From Eukaryota sp. GEM-RC1 (taxonomy: Eukaryota): DNA of 64,000 bases. Location of the stretch: positions 124,001 to 188,000 of the forward strand of contig JAUFOQ010000001.1 in assembly GCA_040285855.1 (NCBI GenBank). Direction: 5' to 3'. Of this stretch, positions 60,526-64,000 are shown piece after piece. The notes under the pieces were generated by a model that saw nothing but the letters and a program-made list of their open reading frames with translations, had not been told where the DNA came from and did not search any database. Numbering within the stretch: the first letter of the stretch is position 1; every line of letters begins with the position of its first letter. Made by a program: the position numbers and the translations under genes.

Positions 60526-62532
60526 ATGCCCTGTTGCATATGTGGGACTGCTGGTGTGGGACCTTCCATTATACCCAATCTGCTGTGGTCGCTATGTCTG
60601 CCTCAATGATTGTATTGCTAAGTGGAGATCTAGAACATGTCCTTGTCATTTGTGCAATAAACATCACTTCATTTCTCTCAAGAAGACGGATACATTTCTT
60701 GATGCTATAACATCTTGTTACACCTACCATCCTTCGTCCCCGAGCATCTCCTCCCCCATTCATCTTCCACATTCTCTGTTAGTCTTGCTTAGCTTTCATC
60801 TTTTAGACCGTATGTACAAGCCTTTCTGGGAAAGGTCTCCACCTCACCGATTCATCCATTTTCGCTCCCAATATAAACTCTTCTTAGAAAAGGTGGGCTA
60901 TGTCAGTTACCGTTTCTTTGAATCGTGTTTCCCAGCAGTACGAGTCTTTTTTGAAAGATGTTCATTTTCGATAGAGTGTAAACACCTTCCACTAATTTTT
61001 GAGTCTGCTAATTTGTTTGAAACATATCCCAGGAATATTGAAATGAACGTGAATCGTTTTACTACGGCAGATAGTATTTGTCATGTAGTTACTGATATGA
61101 ATATTGTTTCAAGCTTAACAATATTGCCTGACTTTGATTTGGACATGTTACTTGAATGTGATTTTTTTCTTGCCTTGCCGTGTCTTCGAGTTTTTGACGT
61201 TACCATGAAGTTACCTCGTGATGTTTTGACTGCTCTTTGTAAATGTCTACTAATTAACACCACTGTTATCGATTTCAGAATTAAAATTAATCAAATTTCA
61301 CTAGAAGAAGCTGCATCCCTGGCAGAAGTGATACGTTCAAAGACCACATTGAAGAAGCTTCTATTGACATGTCGTAATGAAAAATCTTTAGATGATCAAT
61401 TTCGTATTTTGTTTTCTGCTATTTCAAGTCATTCACTTATTGAAGAACTTGATATATCTGGCCTTAGAGTTCACGATTCAATCATGTTTTTACCACTGTC
61501 AGAGAGTTCTAGCCTTAGGACTGTTTTGTTTCCTAGTATTTATGAACACAACACTCCACTTCATAATGCTCTAAAATTTAATTCCAATATTAGAAAAGTT
61601 GCTATATATAGTCAGACCGCCGCTGGTGAAGATATTGGTGATGTTCTCCCGTTTTTGTTTGTTTAAAAGTACTTGTAATTACAGGATTTTATGTATATCC
61701 ATCAATTTACAAATCTCTTGAGACAAATTCTTCCTTGTTGGAGCTACAGTTTATGCCTGTCTTACAGGATTGGAGATCAAGAATAACTGATCAAGATGTT
61801 CAATCGTTGGTGGAAATGTTCCAATTGAATAGTACTTTGCTGGTCTTAAATCTAGAAGGATTAAACTGCAACTCCTCGCAGTTTAGAACAATGCTAAAAG
61901 GACTGGAAAAGAATAAGACATTGAGAAAAGTTCGTTTTCGTTTAATGGATTTAAGTTCATTAATCATGGTTTTTGATGTAATTGTAACACAGAAATTGAT
62001 TCCATGTATTAAACTTGCTCGTCATTATATCGATATTCATCTTGGGCTCATTTGTTTTGACAATAGAGTTGAAGCAGATGATTTAGCTTCACTCTTGCAG
62101 GCTTTAAAGTCAAATGTTCCTATTCAACGTGTTGAATGTCTTGGATTCGAAAGTCCAAGTTTAGAAGGACTTATTGCTCTATTTGAAATTCTTTCCATCA
62201 ACAAGACAGTTATCGATGCTGATATTTCACCACATTCAATTGACGTTAACAATGGTTTGTTTTGTTTTTCACCTGAAAAACCTAGTCAAATATCTTATGA
62301 AGAAGTTTCATCACTGCAAACTCTTTCGAAGCGTTTTAGTCTTACAGAGCTGACGTTTAAACAATGTCATTTTAAAGACGACACAATCACTATTATGAGT
62401 GATTTCATCACAGGTAACAGTTCATTGACTTCTGTTGACTTCAATGATTGTGATTTGCCTGATATCATGACCCGTGTTTTTGACGAATATACATTTGTTC
62501 AGTTTCAAAGGGGTGAATCTCAATCAAAATAG
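60526..62532 (+). CDS. RING-like + RNI-like LRR protein, distant paralog of the array genes; frameshifts at ~60560 and ~61650
   Basis: MPCCICG..DLPLYPICCGRYVCLNDCIAKW..CHLC; shared blocks KVGYVS.RF, EEAASLAEV, ALKSNVPI, SPSLE.L..LFEILSINK. Confidence 0.8.
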
Positions 62533-62857
62533 AATTTACTGGAAGTTGATTAATTTGGAAATGATTGTACGTGGGTATATTACATAATCGTATCGACTAC
62601 TTTTTCCCTATGTCTTTTGATTTCATGCATTAGGAGTATCAGATTGATATATGTGATTTATGTTTACTACTGGAACAATACACTAATAAATTTACTTTTC
62701 TACATTGTCAGTGTAGATGTGCATTGACAAGACAACAAGTTGTAATGTTAAAAGCTTTTAAGGCAAATATCGTTGATTCAATATTTCAAACTTACTATTA
62801 AGAAAATTAGTATAACAGTCAGGTAGGAAAATACATATTTAAATAACTATGATATTG

Positions 62858-62988
62858 TAGAGCTGTCAAAGGGCTCGACTCAAGCCATAAGCCGATCGAC
62901 TTGAGCCAAATCATATTCAAATTTGTCTTGGCTTACTCATGACTCAAGCCCAAGCCAAGCCATATGGCTGAAGCTGTTGACAGGTCTA
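62858..62988. mobile_element. 131-bp hAT-type MITE
   Basis: TIR TAGAGCTGTCAA / TAGACCTGTCAA (11/12), AAGCC/GGCTT repeats, related to the end at 51723; TSD not preserved. Confidence 0.65.
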
Positions 62989-63136
62989 TTGGTTAGTAAA
63001 TATTTCCTCATTATAATGTTTTTGTAACTATAAACTCAATGATGTTGAGAGTATGCTTCAAATTTCAGTAATTCATCCATCTAGTCTATCACCACATTCT
63101 TAATCACACTGGTTTTTCCTTTTAAACGAACAACAA

Positions 63137-63350
63137 GTGTTGTTCGGTCCTTCTGCTGCAGACAAATTGTTTGTGGTCAATGTGGTGGCAGTGGATGATT
63201 GCAAAAATTCATTCATAAGGCATGTATATTCTGAAACTTACCCTTTAAGCATTTCTGAACAAGCCAAACAGGATAAGTACCAAAATACATTGATGGCTCT
63301 AGATCATGTCAAAGATGTTGAATATGATTTATGCTTTTTGATGTATCAAT
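63137..63350 (+). mobile_element. CRE-like RLE fragment
   Basis: VVNVVAVDDC..PLSISEQAKQDKY..HVKDVEYDLC parallels AVLDFTTVDPC..LSKAEKEK and the HVKHVDHELC of the next fragment. Confidence 0.5.
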
Positions 63351-63684
63351 CTAAGTCTGTTTAGGAAAAACAGAGGATGAACAAATTTGTTATGATTGAA
63401 TCCCACTGAAAAATCCATTTATCAAACAATTTCCCTAATGATCCCATAACTTTATAAGCTGTGAGTTCCTTTTGTTGTAACATTTGAGAGGGAGTGTTGT
63501 TTTTATGATATCAAATTTTTTATATATATGAGGTACAATATAATGGAACACAGTCGACTCAGACAAACTAGCACTCCAATATATTGTAATGTTATTGTGT
63601 ATTGTTTCAAAGAGCAATAAATAAATTGTTACGCAGTCCAACAACCATTAATAAATGAATAAATATGTATTTATTACAACAAAC

Positions 63685-63976
63685 ACATACATGTAAAACA
63701 TGTTGATCACGAATTATGCCCTTTGCAGTTTCAATTTACGGACGTTTAGGAAAATTTACCTTGAATTTTTTAAACGATTTCGGAAAAATCGTAAAAAATA
63801 GAATGAACAAACGTTTTGATCATTGGTTATGGTTGAATCGGATCGTTTTTACTGTTTTTAAAACAGTTGCCCTAATCATCTCCAAAGCTTTATTAGCAGT
63901 GAGTTCCTTTTACGAGGACAAAGCTGTTGTAAGGTTTGATAGCGACGGGTGTTGTTTTAATGATATCAAATTTTAG
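63685..63976 (+). mobile_element. CRE-like non-LTR retrotransposon 3' end fragment
   Basis: PFAVSIYGRLG..FL.DF..FDHWLWLNRIVF is homologous to 60100-60235. Confidence 0.7.
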
Positions 63977-64000
63977 TTGTTTGATCTACTGTATTACAAT

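Noticed and set aside
1..64000. tRNA, rRNA or other structured RNA genes
   Set aside because: No cloverleaf or rRNA-like blocks seen by eye; tRNAscan-SE or Infernal would be needed to exclude them.

Overview
AT-rich eukaryotic (protist-like) genomic DNA with the standard genetic code and no introns that I can see. Many ORFs are broken by 1-nt indels in homopolymer runs, most likely long-read errors. Main content: (1) a five-RRM RNA-binding protein; (2) a 4-copy, 4176-4177 bp tandem array of RNI-like LRR genes, whose two middle copies are recombinant chimeras of two diverged types and whose substitutions cluster on the LRR strand/loop face, plus a distant paralog carrying an N-terminal RING; (3) a bacterial YnjE-type rhodanese (CGTGWR loop) head-to-head with STE24; (4) a ~12 kb, ~4000 aa secreted multi-TM surface protein, in which a scaffold repeated three times carries different plug-in domains (one CBM-like, two RCC1/BLIP-II propellers) at the same site; (5) two MAD2 pseudogene copies, a RING fragment and a kinase-coiled-coil-SPRY relic; (6) a dense transposon load. 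The transposons comprise three hAT elements with intact TIRs and 8-bp TSDs (one nearly intact), several further hAT ends each with its own subterminal motif, a Mutator-like element with a 9-bp TSD, CRE-like RLE non-LTR retrotransposon fragments, and Tc1 and pogo relics. The LRR and SPRY families resemble those I recall from free-living metamonads (Skoliomonas/Barthelona group); this is unverified recall. All domain calls are by eye; no searches were run.
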